NCBI GenBank assembly: GCA_010909165.1
Contig: MU008192.1
Span: forward strand, 186,001-250,000
DNA from: Anthoceros angustus
Taxonomy: Eukaryota; Plantae; Anthocerotophyta
Reading direction: 5' to 3'
DNA length: 64,000 nucleotides
Made by a program: the position numbers and the translations under genes. A model generated the notes under the pieces. That model was not told the origin of the DNA, did no database searches, and worked only from the letters and a program-made list of their open reading frames with translations. This document shows, one piece after another, positions 24,394 through 35,002 of the stretch. How positions within the stretch are numbered: position 1 is the first letter of the stretch; each line of letters begins with the position of its first letter.

Positions 24394-25750
24394 GTTTAAA
24401 ATACCATTTCATGGCGCTGCTTAAGCTCATATAATGACTTTAATAATTTATAAGCATTACATTTTGCTTTGTCCTTAACTAGTATACCCTCGGGTATTTC
24501 CATATAAATGGTGTGGTCGAGGCCGTCGTATAAGAAGGTTGTCTTGATATCTAGTTGCATAAGCTCTTAGTCATGATGATAAGCTAAGGCCATAAGAATC
24601 CTTCATGAAGTTATTTTTAGTTCGGGACTAAAGGTCTCGTCATATTGAAAACCATATTTTTGAGCATAGCCTTTTGCCACTAACTTGGCCTTATATCGTT
24701 CTATGCTACCATCTGCATTTAATTTAATTTTGAAGGTCCACTTGGAACCTACTAGTTTCCTATCTAGTGGTAGAGAGGTAAGTGTCCAAGTTTTGTTAGT
24801 TCTTGAGGAATCTAGTTCTGACCTTATTGCTTTCTTCCTATTTTCCTTTTCTCCCTTTGAAATCGCTGAAGATGAAGGCATCGGAGGCCGCTGGAGGCAG
24901 AAATGGAGCGCCAAGCTTGGGTCGGCATGGATAAATGGGCCGGTGGGGCCGGGGCGAGGCGAGGCGGCCCACCGTGGGGGCTGGTAGGTCGATGGAAGCA
25001 TCGTCCTCGTCATTGTCATCCCTAGCTTCAAGAGAATGGTGGCATGGTGCTCCCACTGAAGGACTAGCCTGCATGTCTTCCAAGAAGGTGATGTCCCGCG
25101 AGTGAGTGACTAGTTGTGTTTGCGGGTGTAGGAGCTTGAATCCCTTGATGCTTATGGTGTAACCGCCGTAGGTTTTCCATCTAAAATAACAGCAGTTCTT
25201 CTTCGGGCGGCCGTAAGACGGCCTATGGGTACCGACAGATTGCGGCCAATCTCAATACTATCGGGGCGCCGCCTCTGACGAAGATGTATTGCTGAGCCGG
25301 GTTGTTGAGTTTGGTTCTGATAGCTCTAGGAACTTGAGAATAAACTAGTGAGCTGAGTACTCGTAGGTTGGAAAGATCAAGCTTAGATCATATCCAGGCC
25401 TCAAATGGAGTGATGTCGAGCAGAGTCGTGGTAAGGGATCGGTTGTGGAGATAAACGGCATGGGCCATGGCATCGGGCCAATATGTCTTGGGTAAGTTGG
25501 TATGAATCAATATTGAAAGGCTGCAATCCTCGACGGTTTTGTTCATGCGCTTTGCTACGCCGTTCTGCTGAGAGGAGTGAGGTATAGTAACCTATCTAAT
25601 AATGCCATGGTCTTTGGAAAATTGTACAAAAGAGTGTGAACTATATTCTCCGCCACCATCAGAGCAAATGTTGAGTAGAGGTTCACCTGTCTGTTTCTCC
25701 GCCCAAGCCTTATATTCCTTCAAGCAGGTAAGTGCTTGGGATTTAGGGTT

Positions 25751-28043
25751 TAAGAGGTATATGAGGGTGAAGCAAGTGAAGTCACCAATGATGAGCATGA
25801 AGTGAAGGTGGCCGAAAAGGGACCTTCTGAAGGGGCCGCAGAGGTTGGAATGGACCAGTTGTAGGCATTTGTTGGCTCTAATGGCAAGTCTTGTGGGAAA
25901 TGGACTGCGGTGGCTCTTGCCTAGGGAGCAAGCAGGGCATAGGCCAAAGTCTTCACGCCAGAGTGTAATGCCTTGGGCTGCTCTAGTTTTTATCATGTTC
26001 TTCATTCTCTGCAGATGCATGTGGCCCAGACGGGCATGCCATAGAAAGGTCTGGTTTTGTGAGTGAGTGAGTGTGCCTGCAGCTAGGGAGGAGGGTGTGA
26101 CCTAGGGAGTGGCTACATCCAAGTGATACAGATCATCATTATGTAGTGCTCCTGTGGCTAGGAGTTTTTTTTGTGGAGTTTTGATGATGCAACGGCAATC
26201 GCTGAAACAGATATAGCAATTGGATTCATGTACCTTCCTAACGAAAAAGAGGTATTTAATGATTCCTGGTACATGGAGGACATCAGAAATGTGTAAGGTG
26301 GATTATGGTTCTAAGCTAAGTTGGACAGATCCGTGTCCTTGTATAGTGTGTCTTAAGTCGTCACCTAGGCTGATATATTGAGGTGGATTTGTTGGGCTGA
26401 TGTCCGTGAAGTATGCTAAGTGAGGGGTCATGTATTGTGATGCCCCAGAATCTATATACCCGGCATGATGGCCCTGAGTTGAGAAGCAAGAAGCTACAAA
26501 GGTTGCAGGCTGACTAGAAGATGGAGGTAAGAGTTTCTATAATTGATGAAGTTGTGTGAAATATGCCTTGACATGTCTTCTCATAGTTAGGGCTAATTGT
26601 CATGTTGGTCTCCATGATAGGTTGTTTGATGCTAGCCGTTTTCTACATTCCTCATAACTGTGGCCAGGGATTTTACAATATCCACCTCTTCCTCTGGCTG
26701 GGTAGGTGCCTCGGCCTCTTTGAAGTTGTCCACGTGTGGGTCCTCTCCCTCTGAACCTTCTGCTGGTGAAGTATATTGCGCTTGAGGATGCTTTTCCTGC
26801 AAAGGTAGCCTTTTCAATCAGCATTGTGCTGATGACCTTATTAACCGTGAGAGGTTAAACTCCTTGCAAGGATTGCACTCATCACCAATTCCAGGTGGAG
26901 CGTAAGAGGTATATGAGGGTGAAGCAAGTGAAGTCACCAATGATGAGCATGAAGTGAAGGTGGCCGAGGGGACCTTCTCAAGGGGCAGAGGTTGGAATCC
27001 AGGCATTTGTTGGCTCTAATGGCAAGTCTTGTGGGAAATGGACTGCGGTGGCTCTTGCCTAGGGAGCAAGCAGGGCATAGGCCAAAGTCTTCTACGTTGG
27101 TGAGTGTAATGCCTTGGGCTGCTCTAGTTTTTATCATGTTCTTCATTCTCTGCAGATGCATGTGGCCCAGACGGGCATGCCATAGAAAGGTCTGGTTTTG
27201 TGAGTGAGTGAGTGTGCCTGCAGCTAGGGAGGAGGGTGTGACCTAGGGAGTGGCTACATCCAAGTGATCTGATCATCATTATGTAGTGCTCCTGTGGCTA
27301 GGAGTTTTTGTGGAGTTTTGATGATGCAATCAAACAGATATAGCAATTGGATTCATGTACCTTCCTAACGAAAAAGAGGTATTTAATGATTCCTGGTACA
27401 TGGAGGACATCAGAAATGTGTAAGGTGGATTATGGTTCTAAGCTAAGTTGGACAGATCCGTGTCCTTGTATAGTGTGTCTTAAGTCGTCACCTAGGCTGA
27501 TATATTGAGGTGGATTTGTTGGGCTGATGTCCGTGAAGTATGCTAAGTGAGGGGTCATGTATTGTGATGCCCCAGAATCTATATACCCGGCATGATGGCC
27601 CTGAGTTGAGAAGCAAGAAGCTACAAAGGTTGCAGGCTGACTAGAAGATGGAGGTAAGAGTTTCTATAATTGATGAAGTTGTGTGAAATATGCCTTGACA
27701 TGTCTTCTCATAGTTAGGGCTAATTGTCATGTTGGTCTCCATGATAGGTTGTTTGATGCTAGCCGTTTTCTACATTCCTCATAGTGGGCTGTGGATTTTA
27801 CAATATCCACCTCTTCCTCTGGCTGGGTAGGTGCCTCGGCCTCTTTGAAGTTGTCCACGTGTGGGTCCTCTCCCTCTGAACCTTCTGCTGGTGAAGTATA
27901 TTGCGCTTGAGGATGCTTTTCCTGCAAAGGTAGCCTTTTCAATCAGCATTGTGCTGATGACCTTATTAACCGTGAGAGGTTAAACTCCTTGCAAGGATTG
28001 CACTACGCTCACCCAGAATTCCAGCAGGGTGGAGCGTAAGAGG
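25751..28043. repeat. ~1.15-kb tandem duplication inside Copia A (indel-rich near the junction)
   Basis: Units start at TAAGAGG 25751, 26903 and 28037 (periods 1152 and 1134). Near-identical apart from short deletions. Confidence 0.9.
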
Positions 28044-29565
28044 GCTGTAGAGAGGTCTCCTATGATGCCGAAGCCCGTGGCTTGGAATTTACTTGTCCAG
28101 CTCAGACCTGAAGTTCATGGTATGATGATCTACCTGGTCCCTTTTGCTCATTCGCAGTCCAAAAAAAATTTTAATTGTGTGCACAATGTGCATGATGTCA
28201 GTAGATGCATATATGTCGTGGAGTTGTTTCCACGCATCTACAGTTGAGTCTATCCCCTCAATTTGCTGCATCTTGCCTTGCCTTATAGATTGTATGATGA
28301 CGGTTTTAGCTTGTTGGTTGGCGTCATCCCATTTGCCATTCTATAGCTGATTTCAGAATATTTGTGATTTTGAACTTCCAGATAGCAAAATTGTGTTACT
28401 GATCGTCGAATCGGCTGATGTGAGAGGTTGACATTCCAGGCTGTGAACTCATGTATGTGGCTAGGAGTTGTATGTGTTTTTTTTAATATATATAGGCTAA
28501 AGACGGTGTGTCTTATAGTGGGGTAAATTTCTAGTCTCATGGTGATGAGAATTTTGTAAGATCTGATTTGATCAAGGGTTGAAGGTGTTTGACTTTGTTC
28601 CAAGGCATTTAACTTATGGAGAATGTATTCCTGAATTGTTTGTATTTCAGGAGCAGCTGGCAGGATAAAGAAATTGTGTTGTCTGCAGATGTTGGAAAAA
28701 TCTGTGGTAATTTTATCCTTGATGTGTGCAGGAGAGAGGAGAGTGCTCATCTCAAAGCAAGAGGTATAGTCCCTAATCATGGTGAACAGGAAGCTGACAA
28801 GAAAGCTACTTGGATGTAGCCCCAATTGTAGTAATTATGATCTAGCTTTGAATTAATTCTTCCCCTATTAATAGCAGTACCGAATAGGTACGTATCCAGC
28901 CATAATGCAACATATCTTCGCCAGCTTCTTTCAAGTAGGACAGTTGTCTATGATTCATTGAAAATTCTAGTTGAGAAGCAGCCCTATTGGCCCTGACAAG
29001 GGGACGTCTTCTTCTTTGATAACCTGGCATGGCGCCTCGACATGCAGGTGGTTGTCATGTGGCTGGATGTGGGAATTAAGATCAAAGCTGGCGCTCTGAT
29101 ACCATGTGACAAAGCGAGGCTTTTGGGGATTGTATTTCTCTTAGATTGAATGTCGGTGTTGCGCCTAAGACCTAACCGTTTCATAGAGTAACATTTGATA
29201 TCTATGACCTTACGAACCGTGCCCTAAGGGCTAGAGGTTATTAATTTAACACCAATACGGGGCCACCAGGGATGTGTGACGTTGGGAGAGTTTCCTGTCC
29301 CTCAAGTGGAGCCTGACGAAATCCTAGTTCGAGTAAAGGCTATTGCGCTCAACCCATCGATAAGAAGCTTAGCCTGGGCAACTTAGCTTCCGCGGATGCT
29401 CCCTTTCCGGTAAGAAGGGTATGGGATGGGTATAGGGTAGGATGGTTCTGTCTATGGCAGCTAACTATACTCTTTTGGTGTGACGTGGTGTGGGTGGGGA
29501 AATGGCAATGCACAGACTGTGCCAGGGTACAACGTTGCTAGTGTGGTGGTCCAGCTGGGTGTCCA

Positions 29566-29727
29566 ATGAAGGCATTCAAGGAAGGGGATGAGGTGGATGC
29601 TCACGTCACCGAGTACCCCGTGAAGGCATTCAAGGAAGGGGATGAGATGGATGCTCACGTCAATGAGTACCCTGTGAAGGCATTCAAGGAAGGGGATGAG
29701 GTGTATGCTCACGTCAATGAATATCCC
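29566..29727 (+). repeat. 54-bp in-frame triplication in the AOR copy 3 exon
   Basis: Encodes (M/V)KAFKEGDE(V/M)(D/Y)AHV(T/N)EYP three times. Confidence 0.92.
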
Positions 29728-30069
29728 CTGAAGCCCAAGCAGCTGCAGGAACCCTAGCGCAGTACACTGGCTTTGAAGCCACCAATTTCAGCTTGAGCAT
29801 CCTAGAAGCTCAAAGTTGGTGGCTTTGGGTTTGTGGCATTGCCTAAGGAACTCTCGGGTTGAGGGTAGATTACAGAGGAAGATTCTTTGGAAATTCTCGC
29901 TGTCTAGTAAAACCCACAGTAACTTGCCCAAGGAAGAATTTGCTAGCTTGTAGGCGGACCCCAGGTAGTTATACCGTAAGGACGAACTAGGGCCAGAGGG
30001 CTTGAAGTGAGGTTAGATTAGGAAGATGATGGGTTGAGGTTGAGTATGTGGATGATACGTTGATTATTG

Positions 30070-30480
30070 ATGCAAAGAGATGTGTGTGAGTTTATTAGTA
30101 AGTGTGATGCATGCAAGCGGATCGGGAGGCCAACTTTGTCGACATAATGGCCTCTTACTTACATCCTACCTTTGGCGCCTTTCGAGAAGTAGGGTATAGA
30201 CTTTGTGGCTCCAATTAGGCTACCCACAAAATGGACGAGGAAGCATTATATTTTGGTAGCTATGGACTATTGCACAAAAATGGTAGAGTCTGAAGCGACT
30301 AGGAAGGATGATGCACCGACAGTGGCAAAGTTTTTGTTTGAGAATATCACAACTCGGTATGGATGTCCTTTGGAGCTGATCAGCGATAGGGGAACTCATT
30401 TCCTAACTTGGTGATTGAGTCTCTTACTTCTTACTTTAGCATCGAAAGACAACGCCTTACAATCCAAGGTAAATGGTTTG
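30070..30480 (+). mobile_element. Ty3/Gypsy integrase remnant
   Basis: DVCEFISKCDACKR...PLAPFEK*GIDFVAP...YILVAMDYCTKMVE...RYGCPLELISDRGTHF, with stops. Confidence 0.85.
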
Positions 30481-31538
30481 ACGGACCACAGGTATAAGCC
30501 TAACCATCCCACACAACCGGAGTACCTCCCCTAGTGTTCCCAACCTCACTCATTACTAGTTGTTGATCACCTTACATCAAGATCAAACCAAAATAAACCA
30601 AACTGATCAAAATGACAAAGGGGTTCAAACTTTTGCATTCCACAGTAAATCTTTGTGGTTGGGAGATGTATGTTTTATTGAGAGAAAAAATGATGAGGAA
30701 GAACTATCCACCAGGGATAACGAAGGTGGACTCAAGGGTCAAGGTGAGAAGGAGCTACTAAACTCCTGACCTAGAGTTATGTACTGCTCCTAGAACATGA
30801 TATGCATGAAAAATAAATGACCTGCAAACTAAAGACGAAGAGAAAGAGGAAGAAGCCGTCATCTACCGTAGCTATCGCGTTGATATTTTCGACACCATGA
30901 GAAACCAGCTAACCCATTGATATTTTCGACACCATGAGAAACCAGCTAACCCAGCTATAATCTCTCCGCATTGCTCCCACCCAGCTCTCGCACGGATGGT
31001 ATGGCAGGAGGTTAACTTCTGGCTGTTGAGGTCAAATTTCCATTTGACGGCAAGTGGTCTTCTCCTCGCTAGCCTGATGAGGTGAAATCACCATGTGCCG
31101 TAGCAATAAGCTTGTCCATATCATGCCCTCACGGGCTTCTATGTCTGATTGGAGCGACCTTCAGGTCAAACGATTCCATCTTCGGAGTTGATGATGTGTC
31201 TAACATCAACAGCAGTGGACTTGGAGGCTACTGTAGAAGACAAGGACTTCTCCAAGGTCGTAGTCAAATCCACCATTCCTGGCAGGCATGACATCTGCGG
31301 GGACGTAGAATCCGGGATAGCAAATTGCCCTACGGCAACAAGCTGGAGCAGGCAGAGGTGATTCAGCTATTTCCTTGTCTGCCGAGCCTGTTGAGCTATT
31401 TCCGAGTGTGAGTGACAGACACACACTTTTCACTGGTCGGGAAGTCCTGAGAAAAATCCATCCGGTGACTCGGCACCGCAGATAGTCGCCTGCTGACAAC
31501 TTTAAGGCCTTGATGCTTCGGATGATGGGGGTTGCTTC

Positions 31539-31645
31539 CTGCTGCTGCTGCTATTGATGAAATGAAATGGCCATTTGGAAACCCTTCCAAGTCCTTCCTC
31601 GCTTCCAGAACCTCTCCGGAAATGTTCCAGATATCTTGTGATTGG
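31539..31645 (-). repeat. Shared upstream element, copy 2
   Basis: Homologous to 18142-18262 in the opposite orientation. About 270 bp upstream of the PPR ATG. Confidence 0.8.
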
Positions 31646-31668
31646 TCGGTAGGTACGTGCGTGGGCAC

Positions 31669-31925
31669 ATGGGTGAGGCAGCAGCGTAGCAGCAAGCTCC
31701 AGCATCAGGAGGAGGAGCAGCAGGGTGGTTCCTGTGCAGAGCTGACAGAGTGGCCACCAAGCTGAATGAAACTGTGACGCATTTGCCACAAGATGGGGGA
31801 GGCGGCAGCATAGCAGCAAGCTCCAGCAGCACAGGAGGAGGAGCAACAGGGTGGTTCCTGTGCAGAGCAGACAGAGTGGCCACCAAGCTGAATGAAACTG
31901 TGACGCATTTGCCACAAGATGGGGG
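31669..31925 (+). repeat. ~125-bp tandem repeat immediately upstream of the PPR start, encoding two MGEAAA* uORFs
   Basis: ATGs at 31669, 31793 and 31919 (spacing 124 and 126). The first two read ATG GGN GAG GCN GCA GCN TAG. Confidence 0.85.
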
Positions 31926-34759
31926 TGCAGCTGCCGCAACCGCCAGCCAAGCCCAAGTGGGCACTTCCGGATTCCCCGACCTTGGGACTCCTCCAACAAC
32001 TATGGCCAAGCCCAAGCCCAAGCCCAAGCTCAAGCTCAGTGATCCGCGTCGTGTCGGGGGGACGGGTACTTGGCCCGGGGCATGCCATGCACGGCACTGC
32101 GGGAGAAAAGGAAATCACCCAGGGAGACCAGCAAGAGCTCTTGTGGCGGTGCTTCTTCCTGGATCCATCCGTGTGGTGGGACAACAGGGCGGACAAGAGG
32201 AGCCCCCGCCATCCCGACTTCAGGCACAAGACTTCCAAGGAGCCCCTGTGGCTAGACAGTCTCCACAAGCCTGGCTGGGTGGATTTGCAGCTAGCCCGAC
32301 TGGATCATATTCAGATGAGGGGGCTGCATGACTCAGACCCAGATGTAATGCTTCACACCTTGGAGCTGAATGACGCTGTCGAAGCTTTGGATGTCCTTGT
32401 GCACCAGGGATGTCAGATCAGCCCGACTGTCTTCTATCGTGTGCTCAAGCAGTGTGTGGCAGAGAAGGATCTTGGGTGTGGGAGGCGAATTCACAGTCTT
32501 GCTCTCACATCGGGGTGCGGGTCAAGTGCGTTCTTGGCCAACCACATCATTGGCATGTACGCTTCTCATGGCAAACTGGAGGAAGCAATGCAGGTTTTCA
32601 CTGGAGTGACCACCCCCGACGTCTACATGTGGTCCTCCATTATTTTGGCTCATGCACGGCATGGGCAGCCCACACAGGCGATCAGGCTGTATCGACAGAT
32701 GCGAGGAGCAGGCGTGAAGCCAGATAACCGCTTGTTTGTGGCAGCTCTTAAAGCTTGTGCCTCTGCACAAGACCTGCTTTCTGGCAAGCAGGTGCATGCT
32801 GATATTCGGGCCGGTGGTGGTGTGGAGACCGACGTGTTTGTTGGTAACAGCCTGGTGAATATGTACGCCAAGTGTGGAAGCTTGGAGGATGCTCGGGAGG
32901 TGTTTGATAGTTTGGTCAAAAGGGATGTGGTGTCATGGACTGCCATGATCACTGGATACACTCAGCAGGGGCGGGGTCGAGATGCCCTGCTTCTGTACGC
33001 TAGCATGCAGCAGGAGGTGGTCATCCCTGCTAATCGTGTTACATTCGTATGCCTTCTGCAAGCTTGCGCTGCAGTGGGGGCGCTGCAGCAGGGCAAGCAG
33101 CTGCACTCGGAGATCCGTGAAAGGGGCCTTGAAGCTGATTCTGTCATTGGCAACAGCCTGGTGAACATGTATGCCAAGTGCAGGAGTTTGGAGAATGCTC
33201 ACAAAGTGTTTGACACCCTGCCCAGAAGGGACGTGTGGACATGGAATGCAATGATCGCAGGATATGCTCAGCAGGGGCTGGGGCAAGAGGCCCTGTTGCT
33301 GTATGCAAGAATGCAACAGGAGGGCATCACTCCACCTGACCACGTCACATTCTCGTGCCTTCTTCAAGCATGTGCCAGTGTGGGAGCCCTGCAGGAAGGA
33401 AGGCAGCTTCACTCACAGATCCGTGAAAGGGGCCTTGAAACCGAAGCAGTCATCGGTAACTGCCTCGTGCATATGTATACTAAATGTGGGAGCTTAGACG
33501 ATGCTCGCAAGGTGTTTGACAATTTACCAATCCGAGATGCGGTAACTTGGACTGCCATGATTGCAGGGTATGTGCAGCAGGACAGTAGTCGAGAAGCCTT
33601 GGCCCTGTATGCAAGCATGCACCAGCAAGGTGTCAGTATGGTGGATCCTTTCACCTTGGTCTGCCTCCTGCGAGCATGTGCTAGCGTAGGAGCTCTGCAG
33701 CAGGGGCAGCAGCTTTGTGAACAGATCCATCACGCTGGACTGGAGGATGACGTCTACGTTGGCAGCTGCCTGGTGGATATGTACGCAAAGTGTGGAGGTT
33801 TGGAAGATGCTCGCCGGGTGTTTGATAGCTTGCCCGCAAAGAATCTGGTGACATGGACAGCGATGCTGAATGGGTATGCCGAGCATAACGACGGTAACAT
33901 GGCAATCCGTTGTTTTGAAGACATGCTTGAACAACGTATCCAGCCAGATGAGACGACTTTTACTTGTCTGTTTGTTGCATGCAGTCACGCTGGTCTGGTG
34001 CAGGAGGGCCAAAGGTATTTTAGGCTGATGGTTGAGGAACACGGAATTGTGCCCACCGATTATCACTACAGCTGCATGGTGGATCTTCTCGGCCGATCAG
34101 GGCAACTGGATGAGGCGGAAATCATATTGCACAACACTTCATTCGTGAATGACGTGATTGGCTGGAGAGCTTTACTGAGTGCTTGCAGGAGCTACGGTGA
34201 TGTAGAGCGGGGTCAGCGATGCTTTGACCACCTTGTAGAATTGGAACCTGAAAATGCCAGCTCATATTTGCTGCTCGGGAACATATATGCGAATGCAGGC
34301 AGGTGGGACATTGTGGGCAGGATAGAAAGGTTGCGGAAATCAGCGGGTGCTGTAAAGAAGCCTGCAAAGGCATGCATCGAAGTGAAGCAAGAGGTGCACG
34401 AGTTCACAGTGGGGGAAGAGAGGTCAGACATATCCTCCAAGCTCAGGAGTGTGAATACGAGGTTGAAGGAGGAAGGAGGCCACGTGCCACAGACACAATT
34501 AGTGTTGAAGTCAGTATCTGAGCAGGAGAAGGAGGATGCCCTGTGTGGGCATGCAGAGAAACTGGCATTGGCCTATGGTTTGCTGAATACACCCGACGGG
34601 ACACGTTTGGTAGTTACCAAGAATCTTCGAATGTGCAATGACTGTCACAGCAGCACGAAACTCATGTCCAGTCTAGAGAAGCGTGAGATCATTGTGAGAG
34701 ATGCACATAGAGTGCATCGTTTCCTGGATGGGTCCTGTTCGTGTCGGGATCGAAACTGA
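31919..34759 (+). CDS. PLS-PPR-E1-E2-DYW:KP RNA-editing factor (DRN end) with N-terminal OSB-type PDF motif; intronless
   Basis: 946-aa ORF with 17 countable L/S/P, P2, L2 and S2 motifs, then E1/E2, KPAKA, HAEKLA, CNDCH and CSCRDRN*. N-terminus has LWRCFF.DPSVWWDNR..KRSPRHPDFRHK...PLWL....PGWV. Confidence 0.96.
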   Translation: MGVQLPQPPAKPKWALPDSPTLGLLQQLWPSPSPSPSSSSVIRVVSGGRVLGPGHAMHGTAGEKEITQGDQQELLWRCFFLDPSVWWDNRADKRSPRHPDFRHKTSKEPLWLDSLHKPGWVDLQLARLDHIQMRGLHDSDPDVMLHTLELNDAVEALDVLVHQGCQISPTVFYRVLKQCVAEKDLGCGRRIHSLALTSGCGSSAFLANHIIGMYASHGKLEEAMQVFTGVTTPDVYMWSSIILAHARHGQPTQAIRLYRQMRGAGVKPDNRLFVAALKACASAQDLLSGKQVHADIRAGGGVETDVFVGNSLVNMYAKCGSLEDAREVFDSLVKRDVVSWTAMITGYTQQGRGRDALLLYASMQQEVVIPANRVTFVCLLQACAAVGALQQGKQLHSEIRERGLEADSVIGNSLVNMYAKCRSLENAHKVFDTLPRRDVWTWNAMIAGYAQQGLGQEALLLYARMQQEGITPPDHVTFSCLLQACASVGALQEGRQLHSQIRERGLETEAVIGNCLVHMYTKCGSLDDARKVFDNLPIRDAVTWTAMIAGYVQQDSSREALALYASMHQQGVSMVDPFTLVCLLRACASVGALQQGQQLCEQIHHAGLEDDVYVGSCLVDMYAKCGGLEDARRVFDSLPAKNLVTWTAMLNGYAEHNDGNMAIRCFEDMLEQRIQPDETTFTCLFVACSHAGLVQEGQRYFRLMVEEHGIVPTDYHYSCMVDLLGRSGQLDEAEIILHNTSFVNDVIGWRALLSACRSYGDVERGQRCFDHLVELEPENASSYLLLGNIYANAGRWDIVGRIERLRKSAGAVKKPAKACIEVKQEVHEFTVGEERSDISSKLRSVNTRLKEEGGHVPQTQLVLKSVSEQEKEDALCGHAEKLALAYGLLNTPDGTRLVVTKNLRMCNDCHSSTKLMSSLEKREIIVRDAHRVHRFLDGSCSCRDRN

Positions 34760-35002
34760 CACCTTCCCATGACGTGCACGTGGGTGACACATACATAGAA
34801 AATTACTTGAGGCTAGGAAATAGGAATCTTGAGAAGACCTGGAACTTCGCAACTGCCATCATCGCCGTCTAACGCTTGTGGTTGGTAGTTCCTCAATTGA
34901 TCAAAGCAAGATTGCAATGCATGTAGATGAGGCTCTGTAGCTGTTGCTCCACCTCCTCTATGTCATGGCTGGTTTGCACTAAGTTTTCTCGTCGTAGAAG
35001 AA

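Larger units (their letters stand above)
22383..29251 (-). mobile_element. Ty1/Copia LTR retrotransposon A (degenerate, carries nested insertions)
   Basis: TG...CA LTRs at 22383-23386 (interrupted) and 29105-29251. 5-bp TSD CCAAT at 22378-22382 and 29252-29256. Met-tRNA PBS (gctctgatacca on plus, ending 29104). Gag CCHC, protease IDSGAS, GAG-pre-integrase, integrase and RT (SKWTFKIK...[10 protein letters not shown]) fragments. Confidence 0.95.
22328..29780 (+). pseudogene. AOR copy 3, split by a Copia insertion and degenerate
   Basis: GKLQKAWLYSQ ends at 22382 and YGATRDV..EILVRVKAIALNP resumes at 29257. Frameshifts, an internal 54-bp triplication, and truncation near 29780. Confidence 0.9.

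Noticed and set aside
29566-29727. Repeat arrays as possible CRISPR (also 35003-35352 and 1998-2079)
   Set aside because: Contiguous tandem units without unique spacers, eukaryotic context and no cas genes.
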